20,000 nt of DNA. Origin: an uncultured virus (IMG/VR IMGVR_UViG_3300009376_000004). Lineage: Duplodnaviria > Heunggongvirae > Uroviricota > Caudoviricetes. This document shows, in pieces, positions 8,968 through 15,924 of this stretch; within the stretch, counting starts at the first letter, position 1; each line of letters begins with the position of its first letter. Below the pieces are notes generated by a model. That model ran no database searches. It was not told the origin of the DNA and saw only the letters and a list, made by a program, of their open reading frames with translations. Location: the IMG/VR virus record IMGVR_UViG_3300009376_000004. One strand, written 5' to 3'. The position numbers were made by a program, and so were the translations under genes.

Positions 8968-9083
8968 CCAATTTTGGTTGTACAACTTGTTGGAAAATCA
9001 AAGATGATAAGGAAATAAAATGGTGGGAAGATAAGCCTACCTGTGAACATTGTTATAATAAATATATTAAATATTCTAAGTAG
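8964..9083 (+). CDS. 39-aa Zn-finger microprotein (not in ORF track)
   Basis: MTNFGCTTCW..PTCEHCY; ATGA overlap. Confidence 0.65.
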   Translation: MTNFGCTTCWKIKDDKEIKWWEDKPTCEHCYNKYIKYSK

Positions 9084-9213
9084 GAAAATCTTCAATATTC
9101 CAAGATAGTCCTCTTTCGTCTAAAATCTTTGTAATATATTTTAACTTAGAATCAAGCATAACTGTCTGCAATTCAACGTCCTTATCATTCTTCCACCTTA
9201 AAATTTTGAACAT
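9076..9213 (-). CDS. 45-aa hypothetical protein (not in ORF track)
   Basis: MFKILRWKNDKDVELQTVMLDSKLKYITKILDERGLSWNIEDFPT; minus-strand CTTTATAT box starts 31 nt upstream. Confidence 0.6.
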   Translation of the reverse strand: MFKILRWKNDKDVELQTVMLDSKLKYITKILDERGLSWNIEDFPT

Positions 9214-9298
9214 AGAGGTAGTATTATCTGCTGTGAATATAAAGATAAGATGGGATTATTTTATTCTTATAAGGAAGTTAATACAATTCTAAACTTAT

Positions 9299-9535
9299 AT
9301 GACAGACCCAAATAAATTTTGGATTACCAATCCTAAGTATAATATTATAATCGCTAATAAAGGAGCAGAGGAGAGTATCTATCGAGATCCAAGAGTAGAA
9401 CATATTCAGACAGGGGAGATGAAGTGTAAGCAGAAAGGTTGCTCAAAAATGCCTCAAACAGTTTGTGAAGATTGCGTAGAATATGTATGTGAAGAACATT
9501 TACATAGACACCCTGACTGTGCAAATGGCAGATAA
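9299..9535 (+). CDS. B-box/AN1-like Zn-finger protein
   Basis: C....C.......CEDC....CEEH...H pattern; CTTATAAG 33 nt upstream. Confidence 0.7.
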   Translation: MTDPNKFWITNPKYNIIIANKGAEESIYRDPRVEHIQTGEMKCKQKGCSKMPQTVCEDCVEYVCEEHLHRHPDCANGR

Positions 9536-9653
9536 GGATCCAAAATGGACAGGTAAGGAATGCCCTATTTGTTGGGACGATAAATTCTTTCCACCACTTC
9601 ATAAGAGTTATAAGTATGTGTGTAAATGTTCATGTCATAAAAATCGTGAGTAA
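9525..9653 (+). CDS. 42-aa CxxC..CxCxCH microprotein (not in ORF track)
   Basis: MADKDPKWTGKECPICWDDKFFPPLHKSYKYVCKCSCHKNRE. Confidence 0.7.
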   Translation: MADKDPKWTGKECPICWDDKFFPPLHKSYKYVCKCSCHKNRE

Positions 9654-9661
9654 TCCGTAAT

Positions 9662-9671
9662 CTTTATTTAA
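9662..9671 (+). promoter_or_regulatory. TATA-like box for the peptidase/phosphoesterase operon
   Basis: CTTTATTTAA begins 31 nt upstream of GTG 9693. Confidence 0.55.
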
Positions 9672-9692
9672 TATAGGGTTTGGGTTCAAACA

Positions 9693-10130
9693 GTGAAAGA
9701 TATGCCGATAAGACAATTTGATGACTTGGATAGAGAATTGATAGATTGTCTAGTTAGGATATTAGCTACGTTGCTTGGTATTAAGGAATCTATAACAGTA
9801 GCCGATAAGAAACAAATGCTATCACTCTACTATATACATTTACCTAAAAGTGAATTGCGAAAAGAGAGTGCTGACTTGGATTACATATACGGATCAGCAT
9901 ATCCAGAGGATAGGGTAATCTATCTGAATCCGAGATTATTGAAAAGAAGTTATCAAGCACTAATAGAAACAATTATCCATGAATTGCTTCATGTCAAATA
10001 TCCAAAGGCAAAAGAAGCAAAAATACAACGGTTAGAACACCAGATGACGGGAAGATATGATTATACAATTACGTCAAAAAAGAAAGGACAGCAAGGAGGA
10101 CACTTCCGAGTTTGTAAGGTGATAAAGTAA
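9693..10130 (+). CDS. Zincin-like metallopeptidase (SprT/YgjP-like HExxH)
   Basis: YGSAY..IYLNPRLL..TIIHELLH. Confidence 0.75.
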   Translation: MKDMPIRQFDDLDRELIDCLVRILATLLGIKESITVADKKQMLSLYYIHLPKSELRKESADLDYIYGSAYPEDRVIYLNPRLLKRSYQALIETIIHELLHVKYPKAKEAKIQRLEHQMTGRYDYTITSKKKGQQGGHFRVCKVIK

Positions 10131-11033
10131 ATGGGTTTTAGTGCTAAAGATCGAGAAAGAATATTAAGATATTTAATTGCAAAGAGTTTAACAGTAGATG
10201 GTGCTATCAAGATTCTTGGAAGAGCATCATCAAGTGTATCTGTATTATTTGGTAGCGACTTTCATGTAGGAAGTATCTATTCACTTTGTAGTCCTGATCC
10301 AGTAAGGGAAGATGGATTACCTATAAAACAAACTATACAGCAGAAGGCATTATGGGGTATCTTTGAAAAGGTAATTGATAGAATCACAAAGAAACCAAAA
10401 GTGTTTGTAGTAAATGGAGAACCTATTGATGGTGGTAATCGAAGAAGTCTTGGTAGAGGTTGTTGGACAACACACTTAGGAGATCAGATTGATGACTTTT
10501 GTAAAATTATAAAACATATTCCTTATGATCATTTACTTATGACGAGAGGATCACCTTATCATGTAGATTTGGATGGTACAAACTTTGAAGAAATAACAGC
10601 GAAGCAACTTAACGCAGATCATTACAGAGCATTTGGTGGAAGTGGTAAAACAGATTATCAAGTTAATTTTGAAATCAATGGAAAGATATTCAATGCAACA
10701 CACCATGTAGGATTTGCAAGATGGTGGCAGTATAGACCAACAGCATTAGCACAGGAAATGGTCAAGATGCACTTTGATCATTCAAAGAGAAAATTCCATA
10801 CAGATGTCATGGTAAGAAGCCACGTTCATTATTATTGTCAAGTTAAATTTTTGAACACATTATCATTCACGACACCAGCTTGGAAATTACCAGATCCATT
10901 CATGTATAAATCAGGATTACCAATGATGCCAGATCTTGGTATGGTTGAAGCCATTGTCGAGAGTAATGGTGATATTGAGATAAATCCAATAGTTGAGGAT
11001 ATAGACATAGAACCAATGGTGAAGCATTACTAA
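10131..11033 (+). CDS. Calcineurin-like metallophosphoesterase
   Basis: SDFHVG, NGEPIDG, RGSPYH, THH and RSHVH motifs. Confidence 0.85.
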   Translation: MGFSAKDRERILRYLIAKSLTVDGAIKILGRASSSVSVLFGSDFHVGSIYSLCSPDPVREDGLPIKQTIQQKALWGIFEKVIDRITKKPKVFVVNGEPIDGGNRRSLGRGCWTTHLGDQIDDFCKIIKHIPYDHLLMTRGSPYHVDLDGTNFEEITAKQLNADHYRAFGGSGKTDYQVNFEINGKIFNATHHVGFARWWQYRPTALAQEMVKMHFDHSKRKFHTDVMVRSHVHYYCQVKFLNTLSFTTPAWKLPDPFMYKSGLPMMPDLGMVEAIVESNGDIEINPIVEDIDIEPMVKHY

Positions 11034-11314
11034 TGACCATAAAGATCAAGATGGAGATTCCAAGTTGGGCGGAAGAAAATCTAAAGTCCAACTCAATGCC
11101 TACTATTAGAGATCATGTAAAAGCATTGATCAAAGAATTACCAAAAGGTTATGAATTTCCTGTAATAGTAATACATAAACAGATGATAAAAAAGAAAGGT
11201 TATGCTGATCTTAATTCAAGAAGAACGAGAGAGGCAATACAAATACTCCGAGAGAATGACTTCATAAAAGAAGTTGCATGGAGAAATAGAGTGAAATATT
11301 TTACGAGGTGTTAA
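11033..11314 (+). CDS. Probable winged-helix DNA-binding protein
   Basis: Basic 93 aa; RRTREAIQILRENDFIKEV..YF wing pattern. Confidence 0.6.
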   Translation: MTIKIKMEIPSWAEENLKSNSMPTIRDHVKALIKELPKGYEFPVIVIHKQMIKKKGYADLNSRRTREAIQILRENDFIKEVAWRNRVKYFTRC

Positions 11315-11315
11315 T

Positions 11316-11489
11316 ATGTCACAAGAAATAAGATTAACGGAGAAAGATTATATGCAAATACTCACTTGGTTTGAATTGGCATTTGCGAAAGAGGGAAAAA
11401 TTCAAACTCCACAAGATGATCTTACCATGAAGAAAATATCTGCTATGGCACAAGCCCAACAAGAAGAACAAGAGATGTTTAGAAAATGA
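11316..11489 (+). CDS. 57-aa hypothetical protein (not in ORF track)
   Basis: MSQEIRLTEKDYMQILTWFELAFAK..; GAGGTG SD. Confidence 0.75.
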   Translation: MSQEIRLTEKDYMQILTWFELAFAKEGKIQTPQDDLTMKKISAMAQAQQEEQEMFRK

Positions 11490-11608
11490 TTTGGGTAGAT
11501 GATAAAACAGGAGCAGTTAATATGGATCAAGAAGAATATGATGGTATAACAAAGAAGATTAAAGAACTCGAACAAAGGGTAATAGAATTGGAGAGAAAAC
11601 ATGGTTGA
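11486..11608 (+). CDS. 40-aa coiled-coil microprotein (not in ORF track)
   Basis: ITKKIKELEQRVIELERK; overlaps both neighbours. Confidence 0.65.
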   Translation: MIWVDDKTGAVNMDQEEYDGITKKIKELEQRVIELERKHG

Positions 11609-12003
11609 TGATTTTACCTTTTACTCCATTCTTTGTGTTTGCTATTTTGTTGGTGGTCTTACTATCGGCTATATCTTTAGCCAATGGCGTAATAAGAAAG
11701 AAAGTAGAACGGGAACAGGTAGATGGGATTGGAGTAATAGAAAATACTATGGCAGTGGTGACCAATGAAAATATGTCATTAGATTCAAGAAAGAAGTCAA
11801 TTAGTGAAACAATAATTGATATAGTTATAGGATTCTTATTATTCTTACCAGTTAATTTCTTTGTATTACCACTATTTGTTGATCAGATAGCAGAGCAAAA
11901 CATTATCGGAATATTATTTTTATCCTCAATTTATACATCAATAGCATTAGTAAGAAAGTATATGTTAAGACGATGGTTTGAGAACATGAGAAAAAAGATT
12001 TAA
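11605..12003 (+). CDS. Membrane protein; C-terminal half resembles a widespread phage two-helix membrane family
   Basis: Three hydrophobic segments; SRKKSISETI..GF..P.F..SIALVRKY.LRRWF. Confidence 0.75.
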   Translation: MMILPFTPFFVFAILLVVLLSAISLANGVIRKKVEREQVDGIGVIENTMAVVTNENMSLDSRKKSISETIIDIVIGFLLFLPVNFFVLPLFVDQIAEQNIIGILFLSSIYTSIALVRKYMLRRWFENMRKKI

Positions 12004-12028
12004 ACAACATATTCATAGCAACTTTACG

Positions 12029-12304
12029 TTGAACCCAAGTTTTAGGTACTGGCAAGGCTTTTGGAATTGGTATGATAGACATATTACAGAATCACTATTT
12101 CTAACAGCTGTCATTATCTATATTCAGATACCTCACATGATTTGGAATGCTGATTTGTATTTGGAAATGGGTATGATAAGTAGAGTGAATCCTATATTGG
12201 ACTTTATGCTATATGGTGTGGATTTGATTGAAGTGTTTCCAATGATCAATATAGGAATGTTGATTTATTCAAGAATTAGAAGAAATAGTGTTAATAAATC
12301 TTAA
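12029..12304 (+). CDS. Membrane protein resembling a Nitrososphaeria conserved hypothetical
   Basis: FWNWYDRH.TESL..QIPHM..LDFMLYGVDLIE; TTTAAA about 30 nt upstream of the TTG start. Confidence 0.7.
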   Translation: MNPSFRYWQGFWNWYDRHITESLFLTAVIIYIQIPHMIWNADLYLEMGMISRVNPILDFMLYGVDLIEVFPMINIGMLIYSRIRRNSVNKS

Positions 12305-12308
12305 TAAA

Positions 12309-12341
12309 CTTTATTAATGATGCTGAGAGATAAGAATATGA
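12309..12341 (+). promoter_or_regulatory. TATA box plus 18-nt conserved element (copy 2)
   Basis: CTTTATTAA at 12309 and TGAGAGATAAGAATATGA at 12324-12341; same 15-nt offset as copy 1. Confidence 0.7.
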
Positions 12342-12436
12342 TGAAAATGAGATGTAGTTTCTGTGCAACACAATTTTGTAGTACAGATACTTGTAAATGC
12401 AGATGTCATAAATCAACGTGGGTAAGATATGAATAG
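12338..12436 (+). CDS. 32-aa CxxC..CxCxCH microprotein (not in ORF track)
   Basis: MMKMRCSFCATQFCSTDTCKCRCHKSTWVRYE, directly after the promoter cassette. Confidence 0.65.
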   Translation: MMKMRCSFCATQFCSTDTCKCRCHKSTWVRYE

Positions 12437-13133
12437 ATATTTTGGAGAAAACCATGTAGATGAAAAAAATGTGTCAAATAAGGCACTTACATCATGTATT
12501 GAAAGAAATAAAAAAATAGCGAAAAGGACAATTGCATTCTTTACAAAGCAACCTGATCCTTATAAAAAATGGCTTAATGGAAAGATGGAGCAGTTTAGAG
12601 ATATTGACAGAAAGTTATCATATAAAGTGGCAAATATGTTTGAGTGTGAGATCAAAGAATGTCATAATAATACGATAAAAATATTAGCAAAGACAGATGA
12701 GTTCAAGTTTTACATGGGATGGTATTTGGCAAAAGGTCTTGGAATGGCAGAACATTCATGGTTTATTTCAAAAGGCGGAAATGTAATAGATCCAACATTG
12801 GCAGTTCCGAGTAAGGCATCATTGAAGAAAGATGGAACAGTTGAATATCAACTGAAAGGACTTAAACCAAAGGATTCGTTGATATATCAAGCACAGGGAT
12901 CATTATATTCAGGGGTAGAAATTCCAAGAGAATTGATGGCAAAAATCTTTGCGAGAAAGTTATATCTACAAAATAAGCATGGTGTATTCCAACATAGATG
13001 GCTACAAGAGTATTATCTGATTAGTGAATTGGGATTATCTGTGGAAGAAGCAGTTTTCCATACAGGTGAGGGAATAGAAGGTAAAGATAAGTTCCAAGAG
13101 GACTTTGAGAGGATAGTAAATGACAAGACATAA
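12429..13133 (+). CDS. Hypothetical protein with a possible transglutaminase/papain-like Cys-His-Asp triad
   Basis: KECHNN..GW..EHSW..VIDPT..YSGVEIP. Confidence 0.6.
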   Translation: MNRYFGENHVDEKNVSNKALTSCIERNKKIAKRTIAFFTKQPDPYKKWLNGKMEQFRDIDRKLSYKVANMFECEIKECHNNTIKILAKTDEFKFYMGWYLAKGLGMAEHSWFISKGGNVIDPTLAVPSKASLKKDGTVEYQLKGLKPKDSLIYQAQGSLYSGVEIPRELMAKIFARKLYLQNKHGVFQHRWLQEYYLISELGLSVEEAVFHTGEGIEGKDKFQEDFERIVNDKT

Positions 13134-13488
13134 CTGTTCATTCTGTGGCTTATATTTTTACAGTAAATATAGGCTATCTAGTCATGAGTTATTCTTTCAT
13201 GGAAAATATATTTCTGAACAAACGACCATTGGTGAATTACGTCATTTATCATGGGAAAATCAAGATATGATTATGGTCGAACATCGTAAATTGACAAATG
13301 CACTCAAAAGACAGGAAAATAGAGTGAAACATATCAAAGAAACTAAGAAATTTAGAGATAAGCGTAATCGTAGATGGGCGGAATATAGGGAGGTATTACA
13401 ATTTGAATTGAGAAAGCAAGATGCGATGAAAAGGTCATTAAAACTATTCGAGAAGGAAGCCAGAGCAAAGGGGGTAGAAGTTGGTTAA
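13120..13488 (+). CDS. C2H2 Zn finger plus coiled-coil protein
   Basis: CSFCG..F..L.SHELFFH; basic helical tail. Confidence 0.75.
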   Translation: MTRHNCSFCGLYFYSKYRLSSHELFFHGKYISEQTTIGELRHLSWENQDMIMVEHRKLTNALKRQENRVKHIKETKKFRDKRNRRWAEYREVLQFELRKQDAMKRSLKLFEKEARAKGVEVG

Positions 13489-13729
13489 ACCACATTCATA
13501 CTCAATATCGGATAATAATGCTAAATTCTTAAAGTCCTTAGCAAAGGAACAGGGTAGAAGTGTGTCAAATACTCTTGATAGAATACTAGACCAAATTAGA
13601 GATTCAGGGAGAGATAAGCATGGACGTAAGAATTTTGTAACCTTAAATGGACTATCACCAATCTGTCAGCATGAATCAATAGATCCTAAGGACAATATGT
13701 GTAGAGATTGCTATCAAATAATTAATTAA
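13481..13729 (+). CDS. Ribbon-helix-helix (CopG-like) regulator with a C-terminal Cys/His motif
   Basis: HSYSISD..FLKSLAKEQGRSVSNTLDRIL; CQH..CRDC. Confidence 0.7.
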   Translation: MVKPHSYSISDNNAKFLKSLAKEQGRSVSNTLDRILDQIRDSGRDKHGRKNFVTLNGLSPICQHESIDPKDNMCRDCYQIIN

Positions 13730-13747
13730 AATTAATTAATAGATTTG
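13715..13747. repeat. AT-rich interrupted palindrome
   Basis: ATTAATTAA (13721-13729) / TTAATTAAT (13732-13740), flanked by CAAAT and ATTTG. Confidence 0.55.
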
Positions 13748-13847
13748 AGCATATTCTGAACATTCTACTTAAATAATGAATGAAACTTGTTTTATTAACT
13801 GTTGGTCAAAATTTAATACTAAAATATGCTAGTATCATCAATAAATC

Positions 13848-14132
13848 ATGCTTGAAATGTTAGCTGAAAACTCACTCGTAGTGATAGTTACATTAGTAAT
13901 TACAAGTGCCTTCGGTGGTTTAACTGCTTATTTTAGGCAAAGAACGAGCTGTCTAAGAAAGATAGCAGATGAAGTGAGTGATCTTCAAAAGAGGTCTTAT
14001 AGAATTGAAAAGGCTATAATCATTCTAGCCAAACTACAAGAAGATGTAGTTCAAAGAAGTCATCCAGAATTAAAGACCGAATGGGAAGAAATAGTCAAAG
14101 AATTGTTAAGTGGTAATGGAAATGGTAGATAG
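13848..14132 (+). CDS. Single-TM plus coiled-coil membrane protein (possible lysis accessory)
   Basis: N-terminal TM followed by a heptad-like helix. Confidence 0.7.
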   Translation: MLEMLAENSLVVIVTLVITSAFGGLTAYFRQRTSCLRKIADEVSDLQKRSYRIEKAIIILAKLQEDVVQRSHPELKTEWEEIVKELLSGNGNGR

Positions 14133-14211
14133 TTATTGTGTAAAATGTGGTCATTATGGGGAATGCTCATATATACGAGAAGTGGATTGCGAATGTGATT
14201 GCCATGAATAA
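14122..14211 (+). CDS. 29-aa CxxCGH..DCxCxCH microprotein (not in ORF track)
   Basis: MVDSYCVKCGHYGECSYIREVDCECDCHE. Confidence 0.7.
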   Translation: MVDSYCVKCGHYGECSYIREVDCECDCHE

Positions 14212-14314
14212 TACCGAATTGAGATATAACAGATATTGCAAGGAATTAGAAGAATTGAATAAGAAAGTAAGACGAAAACTAAAACAGATTAATGAGGTGG
14301 AAAAAAAGTTATGA
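14204..14314 (+). CDS. 36-aa coiled-coil microprotein (not in ORF track)
   Basis: MNNTELRYNRYCKELEELNKKVRRKLKQINEVEKKL; overlaps both neighbours. Confidence 0.6.
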   Translation: MNNTELRYNRYCKELEELNKKVRRKLKQINEVEKKL

Positions 14315-14415
14315 GTAGAGGTTGCTGTTTAATATGTGGTCACTGTTCAGATGAAGTCATTGCAGAGATGATGGATTGTAAGTGCAAATGTCATGGTGGA
14401 ATATACTTGAATTGA
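14311..14415 (+). CDS. 34-aa CxxCGH..DCxCxCH microprotein (not in ORF track)
   Basis: MSRGCCLICGHCSDEVIAEMMDCKCKCHGGIYLN; GAGGTGG SD. Confidence 0.75.
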   Translation: MSRGCCLICGHCSDEVIAEMMDCKCKCHGGIYLN

Positions 14416-14498
14416 CTAAAGGTGGTTATATGTGTTTTAGATGTGGTCATTATGAAGCAGAAGATACTGATGATTGTGCCTGTAAGTGTCATGGCTAA
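14412..14498 (+). CDS. 28-aa CxxCGH..DCxCxCH microprotein (not in ORF track)
   Basis: (M)TKGGYMCFRCGHYEAEDTDDCACKCHG; start is TTG 14412 or ATG 14430. Confidence 0.7.
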   Translation: MTKGGYMCFRCGHYEAEDTDDCACKCHG

Positions 14499-14551
14499 CT
14501 TAAATACTCTCTTAAATCCTTAAATATATCACGATTCTATGACCTTTTGAT

Positions 14552-14806
14552 ATGGAAACATTAGTGCTAGTAGCAGTAGCATCAGTCATCGGAGCTGGAC
14601 TAAATACCCTAAGAGGATATTTACATAGTAAAGAACCATATAGTGCAAAGAAATTAGCAGGAGCAACAATTATCGCTTCTATGACAGCTTTAGCATTATC
14701 ATCAACAATAGTAGTTGATGGACTAACCGAAGCAGGAGTAATCTCTATTGGTTTGGTAACTGGTTTCGCCGCAGATTATGCTATTACTAAATCGAAAAAG
14801 GATTAG
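14552..14806 (+). CDS. Small 3-TM membrane protein, holin-like
   Basis: 84 aa, three hydrophobic helices, basic C-terminal tail TKSKKD; CTTAAATA 33 nt upstream. Confidence 0.65.
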   Translation: METLVLVAVASVIGAGLNTLRGYLHSKEPYSAKKLAGATIIASMTALALSSTIVVDGLTEAGVISIGLVTGFAADYAITKSKKD

Positions 14807-14841
14807 AATATACTTAAAATGCAGATATACTTGCATAAAGT

Positions 14842-15567
14842 ATGGTAAAGAGGAAACCAAATTGTGTTATAAGGGACACTTTCTTTAAGGAAACCTTACA
14901 TCACGATATTCCCTATTTTTCAGAAATGGAGATAGAAGAATGGAAACACAAATGGACACCGAAGAAAGTAAGGCGTAAAAAATTTGGTTATGTTACTTAC
15001 AAACTTATATCCGAATCTCGTAGTTTTCCTGATTCAAGTTTTGAACATAAGGCATTAACAATAGCATTAAGACAATGGGGTTTGAGAACAAAAGATATTA
15101 GATTCAAAAGAGTAAAGGGTAAAGCAGATCTAGTTGTAAAATTCGCAACAAGAGAGGAAGATAAATATTTTAAAGATAAACCATCAGTTCTAGCATATGC
15201 GTATTTCCCAAATGGTGGTGAGATAGGAGGAGATATGACATTCAATGATTCAATATGGTGGTCAAAAGATGGAGCATCAAGAAATGCACATGAGTTAATG
15301 CCAGAACAATATCCATCGAATACAAAGACGAGATTAAAGACATACAATCTAGTCCATGTAATGCTACATGAAGCTGGTCATGCGTTAGGATTGAAACATC
15401 ATCCTAGTTGTAAGAAATGTATTATGTACCCATATTATAGCGGAAAGGTTTTATTGCATGAGCATGATGTTCTACGAATACAAACATTCTATGGTAAAAG
15501 GTCTATTAGTAAGCAGGTTATTGATTATTTTAGACGAAGAATGATGAGAAAGTGGTCTAATGCCTAG
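14842..15567 (+). CDS. Matrixin (M10A/MMP-like) zinc metalloprotease without a signal peptide
   Basis: VLAYAYFP, GGDMTFND..W, NLVHVMLHEAGHALGLKH and CIMYPYY Met-turn. Confidence 0.9.
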   Translation: MVKRKPNCVIRDTFFKETLHHDIPYFSEMEIEEWKHKWTPKKVRRKKFGYVTYKLISESRSFPDSSFEHKALTIALRQWGLRTKDIRFKRVKGKADLVVKFATREEDKYFKDKPSVLAYAYFPNGGEIGGDMTFNDSIWWSKDGASRNAHELMPEQYPSNTKTRLKTYNLVHVMLHEAGHALGLKHHPSCKKCIMYPYYSGKVLLHEHDVLRIQTFYGKRSISKQVIDYFRRRMMRKWSNA

Positions 15568-15853
15568 TAGAAGAAAAGATAAATTTGGTGAATATCATGG
15601 AAAGCACAAATACATTAGTGCTAACTTTCAAAGAGATTGGACAGCAAAAGACGGAACAATAGAAGTTAAATCACAAGTAGAGATAGAACAAGGAAATAAG
15701 GTAGAAGTGGAAACACAGATAGATCTTAAAGAACTCATGGATGATAATATGAAAGAAAAACGTAGAGAGTTAATCAAAGAGAACCATCCAGATCGTGGTG
15801 GTACAGAAGAAAAACTAAAGAAAGTCTTAGATGAGTATGGCGAAAAGAGTTAG
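15560..15853 (+). CDS. Protein with a C-terminal partial J-domain (HPD)
   Basis: RRELIKENHPDRGGTEEKLKKVLDEY. Confidence 0.65.
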   Translation: MPSRRKDKFGEYHGKHKYISANFQRDWTAKDGTIEVKSQVEIEQGNKVEVETQIDLKELMDDNMKEKRRELIKENHPDRGGTEEKLKKVLDEYGEKS

Positions 15854-15924
15854 TATATTAATATTGAAATGCTTTACTTAAATACTCAAAATATATTTAA
15901 TAACACCTTAATCTAACTACTGTC

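Noticed and set aside
11765..11782. Separate gene start after GGTGA inside 11605-12003
   Set aside because: ATG 11765 gives only 5 codons; an in-frame start at 11773 is possible but cannot be established.
8621..15347. Minus-strand ORFs at 8621, 9354, 10900, 11402, 11559 and 14997
   Set aside because: They overlap coupled + strand genes, including small ones missing from the track.
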